From Cetorhinus maximus (taxonomy: Eukaryota), in assembly GCF_964194155.1 (NCBI RefSeq), contig NC_135895.1:67394001-67458000 (forward strand): a DNA stretch of 64,000 nucleotides. Direction: 5' to 3'. Position numbers and translations under genes: made by a program. This document shows, piece by piece, positions 1 to 13,000 of the stretch (the stretch's first letter is position 1; each line of letters opens with the position of its first letter). Below the pieces are notes generated by a model. It made no database searches, was not told where the DNA came from, and saw nothing but the letters and a program-made list of their open reading frames with translations.

Positions 1-363
1 TTCCAGCAATTCCTCATCTGTCAGCTCCTTTGAAAACTCAGGTGTTTCTATTTTTAAGGCTCCTTGGCTTCCGCATAGCTGGTTCTTCAGTTCTTCCATT
101 TCTTTTTTATATTTCTTAGCTGTTTCCTGGGGAATTAAATATTGTTGTGCTTTCTCAACTAATTGATTCTTCATCTTGACCAGAGGTATGCTGAATTCTT
201 TCTGTTCTTCCTCGTACCTTTTTAGTGGTACAAATTGGGATCTGAGGAAATCTTGCAATATGCAAAAGTTCTTTAGCAGATTCTCCTCTTCTTTTTGGAC
301 ATTACTGACTTCAACTCGAACTTTGTCCTGAAGCATCAGCTCTATAAGTTCCTTTTGTTGATT
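1..363 (-). other. Open coiled-coil frame inside the Gypsy element, UACA/RAI14/ANKRD24-like (candidate captured host sequence)
   Basis: Hand translation, no stop: NQQKELIELMLQDKVRVEVSNVQKEEENLLKNFCILQDFLRSQFVPLKRYEEEQKEFSIPLVKMKNQLVEKAQQYLIPQETAKKYKKEMEELKNQLCGSQGALKIETPEFSKELTDEELLE. No RT motifs where RT should start. Confidence 0.6.
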
Positions 364-1746
364 ATATACAGGCTCCTTTTTGCAACAGCGACTTTTCCTG
401 CTTCTGGTTGAGGTCTCAGTAATCTCTCTAGATTGATCTCTCTTAACCAATTTCTTTCGAGGAGACTCAGTCCTCTGCCTGCCATCACCATTATGGGTAG
501 ATTTGCAGACTGGCTTCTATATTAAAGTGGAACCTTGCATGTACCTCTTGCTCGTATGCCTTCACTAGTATACGTCTTTAATCTAGCATGAGTTTTCCAG
601 CTTTAGTGAGTGGCCACCTCCATTCAGATACTTAAACGTGTGTTCCCCTATAACTGTCATGGATGTGCCTGTATCTGCCTCCATTCGGTTAGGTTTTCTG
701 TTGACTTCTACTGTCACGTAGATTGGCTCTGTTTTACCCATTTTTAAGTTGTGTAGCGAGTAAATATCTGACTCTGTTGCTTCTGGTTCCTCCATTATAT
801 AAATTTCACGACTTCTGCCTTTTTGATTAAGATTTTGCCTCAATCTCTCTTTGCAATGTCGCATAATGTACCCATTGTGATGACAGTAGAAACACTCAGT
901 TCTTTTAAATTGTCATTCATTTGCAAGCTGTCTGGTTCCAATTCTGCTATTATTAATGTGGTTTTTATCCGTTAAGCCACTGCTTTTTGCTGGTCTGTTA
1001 ATGGTGGCTGTTTCCCCGCTTTTCCGCGGAGCCCAGCACTTTCGTGCCATTTCTAAACAGTGTCTCCCTCCCGATGTGAAGGATGGTGCCATTTTGTGCT
1101 CCTGAATGTCTATGAATCCCTGACTGTGGTCTCCATTACGAGCGCCAACTCCAGCACTTTGCTGAAGTCTAAATTTGTTTCTGACAATGACCTTTGTTGA
1201 ATGGCATCTTCATTAATCCCACATGCTAATCGGTCTCTTAACATGTCGTTAATCGCGTCCCGAACTCTCAGTGCTCTGTCAGTTGTTTTAAGACTGCTAT
1301 GTAGCAAGCGACTGTCTCTCCAGGGGTGCAACACCTTGAACTGAATTTAAAACGCTGCATTGTTACCAATGGTTTCGGCCAAAATTGATTTTTCGCAAGA
1401 TTCACCAACTCATCAAAGCTCGTGGAATCTGGGGCGTTGGGTGCGGTTAGGCTACGAATTAGGCTGTATGTTTTACTGCTACATGTCAATAAGAAGATCG
1501 CTCGCCTCTTCCCCTACCCTGATATGTCATTGTCCAAAAAGAAAAACGTGAGGTGTTCAATATAATGTGGTTTGATTGGTGATCTGATCAAACAGTTCGA
1601 TGCGGCCAAATTGTGGCATTATGGAGGGAGATAACTTGGACGACTATGTTGAGGGCTGTACCTACAGTCGGCCTGCGAGGCTCAGCTGATTCACCTCAGT
1701 TGAGTTTTCGTGGCTTTCCTTGGTGTTGTCGATTGGTCGTGTTTTG

Positions 1747-1757
1747 CCTCATCGTCA
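1747..1757 (-). promoter_or_regulatory. Primer-binding site (decayed)
   Basis: TGACGATGAGG, a CpG-decay-like variant of the TGGCGACGAGG PBS recalled for this Gypsy group, directly after the LTR. Confidence 0.65.
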
Positions 1758-1759
1758 GT

Positions 1760-2042
1760 TGTTCTACTGCGGGGTTGCTTTGCTCTCGAACCGGTTTCAC
1801 ACTTATCTGTCGGCGGGTGAGTCAATAACTGCAGTCACAGAGACCAATATGAAATGAAGCACATGTTATTTATTTACACAGAAAACAGAGTACAAACATG
1901 ATGTGTGCTTCTCCAACCAGAACCTACTCGAGACCAAATCTTCACATTGAAGCCGCATTACACAGCAATTAGGTCGTATAGTCATGTGGTCAATCTGTTC
2001 ACATTCTCTTAAAGGTGTATTGTGCCACAGATTACCACAACA
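1760..2042 (-). repeat. 5' LTR of the Gypsy element
   Basis: Minus strand begins TGTTGTGG and ends AGAACA, contains AATAAA (~1866-1875), and is followed after 2 nt by a PBS-like motif. Confidence 0.75.
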
Positions 2043-4525
2043 GCGGAATCTTCCCCATCACAGTCACCTTGAGGGCAGCGTGTGGAGGGGGTGAGACTCC
2101 AGGCTAGTAGGAAGGATCTGACGGGGTGGGCCTTTCTTACCACCAGCCAAGCTACATCTTGGTGCGTGTTTGAAAGTTCTGGCGATGAGCCATCCTGCCA
2201 AATGACTTTGACAGTCTATTCAAGGAACCAGCCGACAGCATCCACCATCTCCTTTTCCAGCAGGGCCTCTAGGACATTGCGTGCAGACCACTGTCTGATG
2301 GACTTGTGGTCAAATGTGTTTCGCTGCATAAATTTTTTCATGAGGGACAGGGGGTACGGCACGGTCCAACTACTTTCATTCCGCGGCAGCGTGGCCAGAC
2401 CTATCCTTCGCAACACCGGGGACAGGTAGAACCTCAGCAAGTAATGACAGTTAGTGTTTGTGTACCGAGAGTCTACACACAGCTTGATGCAGCCACACAC
2501 AAAGGTGGCCATCAAGATGAGGGCAATGTTGGGCATGGTTTTCCCACTTTAGAGGTTTGTACATGATGTCCCTGTGAACATGGTCCATTTTTGATCTCCA
2601 GATAAAAGTGGAAGATAGCTCGGGTGATCACCACAGCACAGGAGTGAGGAATGGGCTAGACCCGTGCCACGTACAGCAACACTGGGATTGCCTCACACCT
2701 GATGACCAGGTCCTACCCACTATGGCGAGGGAGTGTAACTCCCACATGCCCAGTTTTTGTTTGACCATAGCTACTCGTTCCTTCCAGTTTCTAGCACATG
2801 CCCCGATCCCTCCGAACCATACCCCTAGCACCTTCAGGCAGTCTGACCTGACAGTGAGGGGGACAAAGAATTGGTCGGCCCAGTTCCCAAAGAACATGGC
2901 CTCGCTCTTGCCATGATTTACCTCGGCTCCTGAGATGAGTTTGAATTGGCAGCAGATGTTCATCAGTCTGCGCACCGACAGTGGATCTGAGCAGAAGCCG
3001 GCAACGTCGTCCATGTACAGGGAGGCTTTGACCCGAGTGCATCCACTGCCCAGAATTGTCACCCTTCATATGTCTAAATCCTTCCTGATGGACTCAGCAA
3101 AGGGTTCTATACAACACACAACTGCGCTACAGAGGTTTGTGTAGAGCATTTGGATCCAATTACGGATTCCCTCCCCAAACTCCATGTTGGAGAGCACATC
3201 CATCATGTAGGTGTGCGATACTCTGTCAAATGCCTTCTCCTGGTCCAGATTGATGAAGCAGGTGTCCACACCCCTGTCCCATCCATAGGCAATGGTATCC
3301 CTGAGTAGCGCAAGGCTGTCAGAGATCTTCCTGCAGGCCTGGACAGGGTGGATCACCAGCTCTGGAGCAGACTTGACCCGATTGGCGATGGCTTTGGGCA
3401 GAAGTTTATAGTCAACAGTGAAATATGTTGCCAATTTCTAATTTCCTCCTTTTCCTTCTTCTGTTTGTTGATGAGGGTCGTGATGCCTTTCCTTGTGGAT
3501 TCTGACATGCTGCTGGTTAGAAGCACACTGTCGTACACTTCCAGCAGGTCTGGGCTAATCCAGTCCCACAGAGCTAAAAAGAACTCTGCCGGTAAGCCAT
3601 TGCTTCCGCGAGCTTTACTCTTCTCAAAAGACTTGAGGGCCTTAGTCAGTTCATCCAGGGTTAGCAGGCTGTCCAGATTGTCCCCTGTACTGTCAATCTA
3701 AGACGTCCATGATAGAGGACAGGAAGGACTGGGAGGCCGTGCTGTCTGTGGGCTTCACGTCTTACAATCTGGCATAAAAGGATTTGCTGATCTTCAAAAT
3801 GTCAGAATGCAATGACTTTACTGAGCTGTTGTCTTCCTTCATGCTGCTGATCACAGAGCTTTCTCTGTGTGTACCTTTTGGAAGAAGAAACACCAGCACG
3901 TCTCATCCTGCTCCACCAAGTGGACTCTGGACCAAAAAATGACCTTAGAGGCCTCTGAGGCAAAGAGCACAGCTTGCTGGCTCTTCACCCCTTGGAGGTC
4001 CTCCTTGATATCAACCCTCATCGACTGCAGCTGGAGCAGATTCTGCATGTTCTCTTGGAGTCAGGACATCTCCCTTTGTTCCTTTCTAGCCTCCTGAACA
4101 CCTTTGAGGATGAGGAACCTCTTGGTGTTCTCTTTGATTGCTTCCCACCAGCGTGCTGGAGACTCAAGGGGTTTCACAGTTTTCCAACCTTTATAATCCC
4201 TTTTGAGCTCCTCAATGTTTTCTTGGGTCAACAGTTTCATGTTCAGTTTCCATGACCCCCTGCCAATTCTCTGGTCTTCCTGTAAGTGACAGTCAACCAG
4301 CAGGAGGCAGTGGTCAGAGAAGAACACTGGCTTGACGACTTGAACGTTTGGGACACAAATAGGAGGTCTATCCTGGAATGGATGGACCCGTCCGGCTGCG
4401 ACCAGGGTTGCTGAAGATGTTGTGCAGCTTTGCATCTTTTACTGTTTCCATCAGGAGCCTGGACGTGGCATCCAGTCTGCTGTCCACCCTGCCAGATCAT
4501 CCAGCCACATAAACTCACCTCCAAC
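2043..4525 (-). mobile_element. Tx1-type (L1 group) LINE ORF2 remnant
   Basis: APE motifs SRIDLLF, FSDHCLL, GRGSWKLN; RT motifs LDQEKAFDRVSH, YMDDV (~3006-3017), KVLGVWF; C-terminal CPQGDCDGED. The QG..LSP motif is deleted near 3125. Confidence 0.92.
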
Positions 4526-4754
4526 ACTTAAACTGATAACCTGACCAACACTTCACCACAGTGCTGAATGAGTGTGGCATTGTTGAAAATGTTGCCTATT
4601 GGATTAGTTGTCACAGCGACGCCCTGTCTGCCTGTCCTGGCGTATGTAAAAAGTACTGTGACACCACTATAAATAAAATTATAGATATATATAGATATTC
4701 TGACATGCTGATAAATATAGATACAACACAAAATAAATATAGGTACAATCAGAT

Positions 4755-4882
4755 AAAATCTAATTTATCAGTTCAACTTCACAGTTGCCAGCAGTAATGG
4801 GGAATGAAGCTAAACTATACAAGACACACACCAGCTCATGTTTTGTCCAATACCACATAGAATTATTCATCATTGTAATTAT
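4755..4882 (+). repeat. 128-bp direct repeat, copy 1
   Basis: Matches 5726-5853 with two adjacent mismatches. Confidence 0.95.
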
Positions 4883-4934
4883 CCTTCCCGTGTCCTGACT
4901 CATCATCTTCCTTCAGCGATCACCAACAAAAAAA

Positions 4935-5090
4935 TTATCCTGTCACTCATTTCATAGGATATAAGCAATTGGCTGCCATGTTTGCTTATATAACAAATGA
5001 TTACATTTCAAATTAATTCATTAACTGAACAGAGCTTTGGCACATCTTGTGGAAGTGATAAGGCAAAACTTGAGCAAGTTCTTTCTTTAT
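4935..5090 (+). mobile_element. Deu-type SINE 3' remnant
   Basis: AATTGGCTGCCATGTTT..ACATTTCAAA..GCTTTGG..GCAAGTTCTTT, also seen at 26200-26330 and 48080-48520. Confidence 0.55.
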
Positions 5091-5725
5091 CTCTGGCATG
5101 AGTTGAAAACTGCTATTGATTCTTCCTTATGAGAGTGCATGTACAATGTAATTGGGAAAGATTGCCTGTGTGTGCCAGATGTAATGAAATCATAAGCACC
5201 CTATTTATGATTTCACAATATTCAATGCACAAGGAAAATCTTTGCATTATGTTTCTAGCAGGTTCAAGCAAAAATGATGATCTTTCTGCTTCTGGGGTCG
5301 CTTAAGCACCATCTGGCCACTCTGGCCAGACATAAAGCGTGCCAAGCAGTGCAGCCAGTATGTCTTTCAGATCAATACAATGGGATCACTGTTACAAAGG
5401 AGCAGAAGAAAGGTCAGCATAATTACAGATAGCATCTTGTTGGGGCTCAGGAAACTCATTTAAACACAGCAATGCTCTCACAATACCAAGACTTCTGTTG
5501 AGTGACTTTCCTCTGTATTTTCTCAGAATAACATCCTGCCACTCACCACGATCATGGATTCACAAACATCTAGTTATTTTTATATTTCCAAGTGAAACCA
5601 GAGACTTTTTTCACAGCAAAGATCTAGTAAATAAACATCATGCTGAACACTTTAAAAAAAAGCCTGCATTTTGCCTAGTTTGCATGAGATAATTTATTGC
5701 TAGGACAAGCTTTATTATATTTTTA

Positions 5726-5853
5726 AAAATCTAATTTATCAGTTCAACTTCACAGTTGCCAGCAGTAATGGGATATGAAGCTAAACTATACAAGACACAC
5801 ACCAGCTCATGTTTTGTCCAATACCACATAGAATTATTCATCATTGTAATTAT
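5726..5853 (+). repeat. 128-bp direct repeat, copy 2
   Basis: Matches 4755-4882. Confidence 0.95.
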
Positions 5854-6149
5854 TGAGTAGCAGCACCGATACCAGAGATGTAGCTTTCGATTAGTCACAA
5901 AATGTCTGGCTCTCAGCAGACTCAGTAGTTAATTATTTTACAAGTCCAATTAAGTAACTGTGACATATGCTCAATTATCTGACTTGCAATTATTTGTCTG
6001 TGTTGAATTTGATATTCCGAGCAATTAAAAACCTGCAAAACATTGACTTTCATGCACTCATTGTCCTGATTATTCAAATTATTCACCCTGCAAGCATCTG
6101 GGAGTGCCTATTGTATATTAAAGGCTTTGAATTTATTTTTGAAACACAC

Positions 6150-9072
6150 ATTCCAGGTTGGAGTTGGAGGCATTAGCAACATCTCGCAGTTTGCCACCCA
6201 CTATTGTTTAAGGCAGATCACTGAGGGTCTCTATTCACAGAGAAATAATTACATTTTGTTCTCTTTTGCCAGAGACAAGCAGGCAAATCAAGCATACGGC
6301 TTCACCAGGATTGTAGGTTTCCGCAGGGCATAGGTTGCTATTGACTGTGCACACACATCACTTGGTGGGCATCATCTGTCAGCTCTGACCTACATTGCAA
6401 CCAAAACAGATTCCATTCCCTCAGTGTTCAGCTGGTATGTGATCATACACAGAGAATCATGCAGGTCAATGGCTGGTATCCTAGCAACAGTCATGATGCC
6501 TTCATTCTGCTTCAGTTTACTATGCTGCCTGCATTTGACTCATCATGGCAAACCAAAGGGAGGATACAAAGCGACAAGGAGATACTGGAACTGACTGGCG
6601 GCAAGTCAGTAAAATACTTCGGATTCGTCATGGGCTGTTGATGTGGCTGTGACATGTGCAGAACACACATTCAATGAAAGCCTTGCTGCTACATACAACA
6701 TGTTAGAGCAGACCTTTGGCATGCTGAAACAACACTTCAGCTGTCTGGACCAAACATATGAACATACATAGAAATGTATGAATTAGGAGCAGGAGGCCAA
6801 AGACCCCTTGAGCCTGCTCTGCCATTTAATAAGATCATGGCTGATCTGATTGTGGCCTCAACTCCACATTCCCGCCTACCCCTGGTAACCTTTGACTCTC
6901 TTGTTAGTCAAGAACCTATCTACCCCTGCCTTAAAAATATTCCATGGTCCTGCCTCTGTTCTCTAGGGAAGAGAGTTCCAAAGTTTCATGACCCTCTGAG
7001 AGAAGGGCCAGCTAAACAGTGAGCAGCTGAGAAGCAGGAGGAGGAAGTGAGGAGGCAATCAATACAGCCCTTTTCTAGCCAGATTGTCTATGAAGAACTC
7101 ATCTGATTGCAAAAATAAAGGATACCATAAAGTAAACATTCCAAACTAATTTGTAAATGAATTCATGCTATATTTCACAAATAAGCACCCTTGGTATTCC
7201 CAGTCTTCCATGTGTCTTTGCCTGTCCTAGTGCTCCTATTCCAGAGGTTGCAGCATAGCTGGTAGAAGGCTGCTGTTTGTAATTTGAAGAGATTACAGAT
7301 GGATTTGGAGGATAACCTCGAGCAGCTCAGGCCCAACTGCAGCCTGTGCCATCTCAACATGGGTGGCAGCAGTCTGGCTGGCTGGCTGACAGGTAACAGC
7401 AAGGGTACTGGTGGGATGGGGGGACGAATGCTGTTTCCCTGAGAGAAGACAGCAGGTTCGTGTTCCACAGAGTCACTACATTCCCATTGGGCAGCATCTC
7501 AGCAATCCTAGTAACCTATTGGAGGACAGATTGCTGGACTGCTGTGACACTTTGCACAGTGTAATTCACAGCCATAATGGGAACAGTCAAAGCTTTCGTG
7601 TCAGCATGCTGACCTTGCATGAGATCAGTCTGAGCTTCCACTGGAGCACTCAGATGTTGGATAGCTGCTGCTTATGTAGTGGTGGAAGCTATATCGGGCT
7701 CCAGATGCTGTATCATAGTTGTGTCCACAAGTGTGTTAAAGGAGTTGGCCACCACATCTATGCTGGAAAGATGGGCTTCAAGCTCTGCACAAAGCCCTGT
7801 GCCAAGTTGATGCTGGACGTCTCCATGCTTTTGACTTGACAAGAGACTTTCTAGCAGGTTTCCCTTAAAGCACCAAGCAGTTTGTTGTACATACCCATAA
7901 ACTTTCTTCAGTCCGCTGTGCCATCAAAATGCTCATCTGAGCCTTTTGCAGCAAAACTCACGTGCGACCTCACCCTCTGGTGAGCTGACACTTGCACTAT
8001 CCTTGCCCCCACCCTAGCTTCAACCCCCTCATGCTCAGTGTCTTACCACATGCAGATGACACCTCTAGGTGATCTCCTAAGATCTGCACAGTGTCACTGT
8101 CTGAGGTGCTGGCTATGAGTGTGAAACTGAGTGAGGACGTATCTTCATCATCACTCTCTTGCTGTTTCTCCATTACCTAGCCAGGTTGCACCTGTTGAGT
8201 ATCTGAAAGAAAAAAGGGACAAGGGTAAGATTGTGATGATCGGAGGATGTAGTAAGAGGTGTATGTTTATACCACCTGCGGCTTGTAAATCAGAAGAGAG
8301 TGTGGGATGAGGGGGGAAGAGGGATGTGAGTAGGGGGACTAGGTATGAAGATACTGTCATCTTCAATGGTTTCAGTCCCATTGCAATGCTAAGCCTGTGA
8401 AGATGTGGTGAAGCTACAAATGTTAGGTAAGCGTGGTAATTAATAGAGATTCTTGGTAGGTGAGCGATGGGAGTGTGGTGAATTGAGCACTGCCTGATGA
8501 ACTGCAGTTGGTAGGATATGGTATTAGAAGATGCAGTCACTAACTTTGACTACTCATGTTAGGTCATCTTGAACATCTTGCGGCACTGTATCCAGGCCCC
8601 TGGGCTTGACTTCTGTCATTGACTTCCATGGATATCTCCCACTACCATCATTCACCATGATTCTGCGGATACAAGACATCACTCCTCCTTTCTACCTTTT
8701 TCAGCAAGGCTTCCATTGCAGTATTGGACAAAACTGGAGTCTGTTCTTTCCCACACTGAGCCACTTCCAACACAACTGCCAGCAGCTGCTCCAGCCACAA
8801 TGCAGCTCCCCTTTAAGAGCTGCAGGCTAGCTTTAAGAAATGCAGACAGTTTAGCTTTAAGTGGTGCTATCAAGTCACGATTGTGGTCCCCCATGTCCCC
8901 CTAATGCATCCAGCCAATGTACAGCATGGTTGGTGCTGGTGGCACACAGCAGTCATTCAAATGAGCAAGTAGCATGAGGTTGGTGCACTGCCTGCGTTAC
9001 GCTGAATGGGTGAGAGTTAATCATGCATTTTGATCTGCACACCCACTTTTGAGGGCTATTGAATTTGGCCCC
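6150..9072. mobile_element. Degenerate two-gene PIF/Harbinger transposon, left end lost
   Basis: Plus strand transposase pieces AIDCAHI, FHSLSVQLVCDH, YPSNSHDAFIL (6150-6750). Minus strand Myb/SANT-like pieces (SNTAMEALLKKVERRSDVLYP ~8660-8730). TIR GAATTTGGCCC at ~9061-9072. Confidence 0.8.
6760..7000 (-). mobile_element. CR1 (HER1-type) 3' tail inserted in the Harbinger transposase
   Basis: Same tail as 27470-27700 and 40135-40400. Confidence 0.8.
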
Positions 9073-10077
9073 TGTGATGTTATTAGTCCAATACAGTGCA
9101 GTACAAAATGGTAAGTTAACACCTGAGTACGCTGCAGTATTGAATACAGGGTGTGTGCACATTTTACTCAACCAGCCTTATGTCTTCTCACAGAATGAGT
9201 TCATAATCTCAGCCAGGACATTTTCCTCTGTGTGAGGCACATAAGAGAGAGAGTAAACACAGAACACTTTCTGGGCTGACAACATTAAATAAATGCCACC
9301 TGTCCTTTTGTTTGAAAAAACAGTATGTGCTGCATATACTGGAAGAAGCCTCAAAAGAAGAGAAGTTGAAGCAAGAAAAATTAAATAAAACATAGAAACA
9401 CTCCTTGTCAACTTCCTAAGCTAAATTTTCCATGCTTAGCCAATGTTGAGCAACAAATCTGTGGTGATATCTATGGCATGATGATGCAGTTCAGAGACTG
9501 CTCATTCAGTTATGTTTATGTGTATAGTCATTGAACTGAGAGGCTTGCTTCTGACAGGCAACTCACCAGTTGCCTTAAGCTGGCTCTTGTAAATGGTTCT
9601 GAAATGCAAAGACATGGTAGCTTTATAGTGATTTTTTTCTGCATGTGCAAACACAGGGTGACTGATTTTCTTTGTTGCACCCTCAAAGATAATTCTAGAT
9701 GACACCCTGCAGCTGGGTTCACATTTCAGGATTGCCAAATTTCGTACTCAGTTTTATAAGAGAAAATAATCTTAAAAACTGCTTTAAGTAGGGTGTTTAG
9801 TTACATAGAGATTTGTCAAAGCAATACATTAGAGACCAAACTCTGAATGTATTAAAAAAAATTACTGTGCATGCTTGGCTTTATATTTGCTACAAGAATA
9901 TATATCAGTGATACTCTTTGTACAGCTGGTCATGATAGAAAAGATTTTCTTTTGTTTACTTCAGTATTGTGTTCAATTCTGGGCAGGAAGGACTTCAATA
10001 CTTTGGAGAGGTTATGAAGTGATCCACTAGAGCAGTTCCAGGGATAGGGGAGCAGTTACATGGACAGACTGGAAAGG

Positions 10078-13000
10078 AATGAAACCAGACGGACCATTCA
10101 GCATCGATCTAGGCACTGGAAACGATAACGGCAAACTCAGCCCTGTCAACCCTGCAAAGTCCTCCTTACTAACATCTGGGGCCTAGTGCCAAAATTGGGA
10201 GAGCTGTCTCTCCCAACAGCCTGACGGAATCATACCTTACAGATAATGTCCCAGACACCACCATCACTATCCCAGGGTATGTCCTGTCCCACCGGCAGGA
10301 CAGACCCAGCAGAGGTGGTGGCACAGTGGTATACAGTCGGGAGGGAGTTGCCCTGGGGTCCTCAACATCGACTCCGGACCCCCATGACGTCTCATGGCAT
10401 CAGGTCAAACATGGGCAAGGAAACTTCCTGCTGTTTACCACCGACGCACAGTAGCAGCAGTGTTTACCATCTATAAGACGCACTGCAGGAATTCACTAAG
10501 GCTCCTTAGACAGCACCTTCCAAACACACGACCACTGCCAGCTAGAAGGACAAGGGCAGCAGATAGATGGAAGCACCACCACCTTCCCCTCCAAATCACC
10601 CACCATCCTGACTTGGAAATATATCGCCGTTCCTTCACTGTTGCTGGGTCAAAATCCTGGAACTCCCTTCCTAACAGAACTGTTGGTGCACCTACACCAT
10701 ATGGACTGCAGCAGTTCAAGAAGGCAGCTCACCACCACCTTCTCAAGGGCAACTAGGAATGGGCAACAAATGCTGACCTAGCCAGCGAAGCCCACACCCC
10801 GTGAATGAATTTTTAAAAAGTACCACCCACCCACAGCTGATGAATCAGTGCTCCTTCATGTTGAACACCACTTGGAGGAAGCACTGAGGGTGGCAATGGC
10901 ATAGAATGAACTCCGGGTGGGGGACTTCAATGTCTATCACCAAGAGTGGCTCGGTAGCACCACCACAGACTGATCTGGACAAGTCCTAAAGGGCATAGCT
11001 GCTGGACTGGGTCTGCGGCAGGTGGTGAGGGAACCAACAAGAGGGAAGAACAGACTTGACCTCGTCCTCACTAACCTACATGCCACAGATGAATCTGTCC
11101 ATGTCAGTATCAGTAGGAATGACCACTGCACAGTCCTTGTGGAGTCAAAGTCCCGTCTTCACCTTGAGGATACTCTCCATCATGTTCTCTGGCACTACCA
11201 CCGTGCTTAATGGGATAGATTTCAAACAGATCTAGAAACTTAAGATTGGGCAACCATGAGGTGCTGTGGGCCATCAGCAGCAGCAGAATTGTACTCAACC
11301 ACATTCTGTAATCTCAAGGCCGGGCATATCCCCCACTCTACCATTACCACCAGGCCAGGTGAACAACCCTGGTTCAATGAAGAGTGCAGGAGGGCATGCC
11401 AGGAGCAACACCAGGCATACCTTAAATGAGGGGTCAGCCTGATGAAGCTACAACACAGGACTACTTGCATGCCAAACAGCATAAGCAACAAGTGATAGAC
11501 AGAGGTAAGCAGTTCCACAACCAACGGATCAGATCTAAGTTCTGCAGTCCAGCCACATCCTGTCGTGAATGATGGTGGACAATTAAACAACTCACTGGAG
11601 GAGGAGGCTCCACAAATATCCCTATGCTCAATGATGGGGGAGCCCAGCACATCAGTGCAAAAGATGAGGCTGAAGCATTTGCTACAATCTTCAACCAGAA
11701 ATGCCAATTGGATGATCCATCTCGGCCTCCTCCAGAAGTCCCCAGCATCAGAGATGCTACTTTTCAGCCAATTTGATTCATCCCATGTGATATTAAGAAA
11801 CGGCTGAAGGCACTGGATACTGCAAAGGCTATGGGCCCTGACAATATTCCGGCAATAGTACTGAAGACTTGTGCTCCAGAACTTGCTGTGCCTATAGCCA
11901 AGCTGTTCCAGTACAGCTACAACGCTGGCATCTACCCGGCTATGTGGAAAATTGCCCAGGTATGTTCTGTACACAAAAAGCAGGACAAATCCAACCCACC
12001 AATTACCACCCCATCAGTCTACTCTCGATCATCTGTAAAGTGATGGAAGGGGTCATCAACAGTGCTATCAAGCGACACTTGTTTAGCAATAACCTGCACA
12101 CTGATGCTCAGTTTGGGTTCCGCCAGGATCACTAAGCTCCTGACCTCATTACAGCTTTGGTTCAAACATGGATGAAAGAGCTGAACTCCAGAGGTGAGGT
12201 GAGAGTGACTGCCCTTGACATCAAGGCTGCATTTGACCGAGTGTGGCGTCAAGGAGCCTGAGCAAAACTTGAGTCATTGGGAATCAGGGGGGAAACTCTC
12301 CGCTGGTTGGAGTCATAGCTAGCAGAAAGGAAGATGGTTGTAGTTGTTGGAGGTCAGCCATCTCAGCTCCAGAACATCACTGTAGGTGTTCCTCAGGGTA
12401 ATGTCCTCGGCTCAGCCATCTTCAGCTGCTTCATCAATGACCTTCCTTCCATCATAAGGTCAGAAGTGGAACGTTGGCTGATGATTGCACAATGTTCAGC
12501 ATCATTTGCAACTCCTCAGATACTGAAGCAGTCCATGTCCAAATGCAGCAAGACCTGGACAACATCCAGGCTTGGGCTGACAAATAGCAAGTAACATTCA
12601 CGCCACACAAGTGCCAGGCAATGACCGTCTCCAACAAGAATCTAACCGTCATCCCTTGACAATGGCATTACCATCACGGAATCCCCCACTATCAACTGCC
12701 TGGGAGTTACCATTGACCAGAATCTGAACTGGACTAGCCATATTAATACTGTGGCTACAAGAGTAGGTCAGAGGCTAGGAATCCTGTGGCGAGTAACTCA
12801 CCTCCTGACTCCCCAAAGCCTGTCTACAATCTACAAGGAATGTGATGGAATAGTCTCCTCTTGCCTGGATGAGTGCAGCTCCAACAACACTCAAGAAGCT
12901 TGACACCATCGAGGACAAAGCAGCCCACTTGATTGGCACCCCTTACACAAACATTCACTTCCTCCACTACCGAAGCACTGTGGCAGTAGTGTGTACCATC

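Larger units (their letters stand above)
1..2042 (-). mobile_element. Ty3/Gypsy LTR retrotransposon remnant (5' LTR, PBS, gag, protease; runs off the window edge)
   Basis: Minus-strand frames give gag-like TYSLIRSLTAP..SFDELV..QRFKF..GETVACYIAVLKQLTEH and DMLRDRLACGINEDAIQQR, a degenerate zinc knuckle CFYCHHNGYIMRHC (~855-895), protease MEADTGTSMTVI and LKTYTSEGI..SLLERNWLREI. Several frameshifts and stops. Confidence 0.9.

Noticed and set aside
11240-11974. 244-aa minus-strand ORF
   Set aside because: Antisense shadow of the LINE ORF; no independent protein features.
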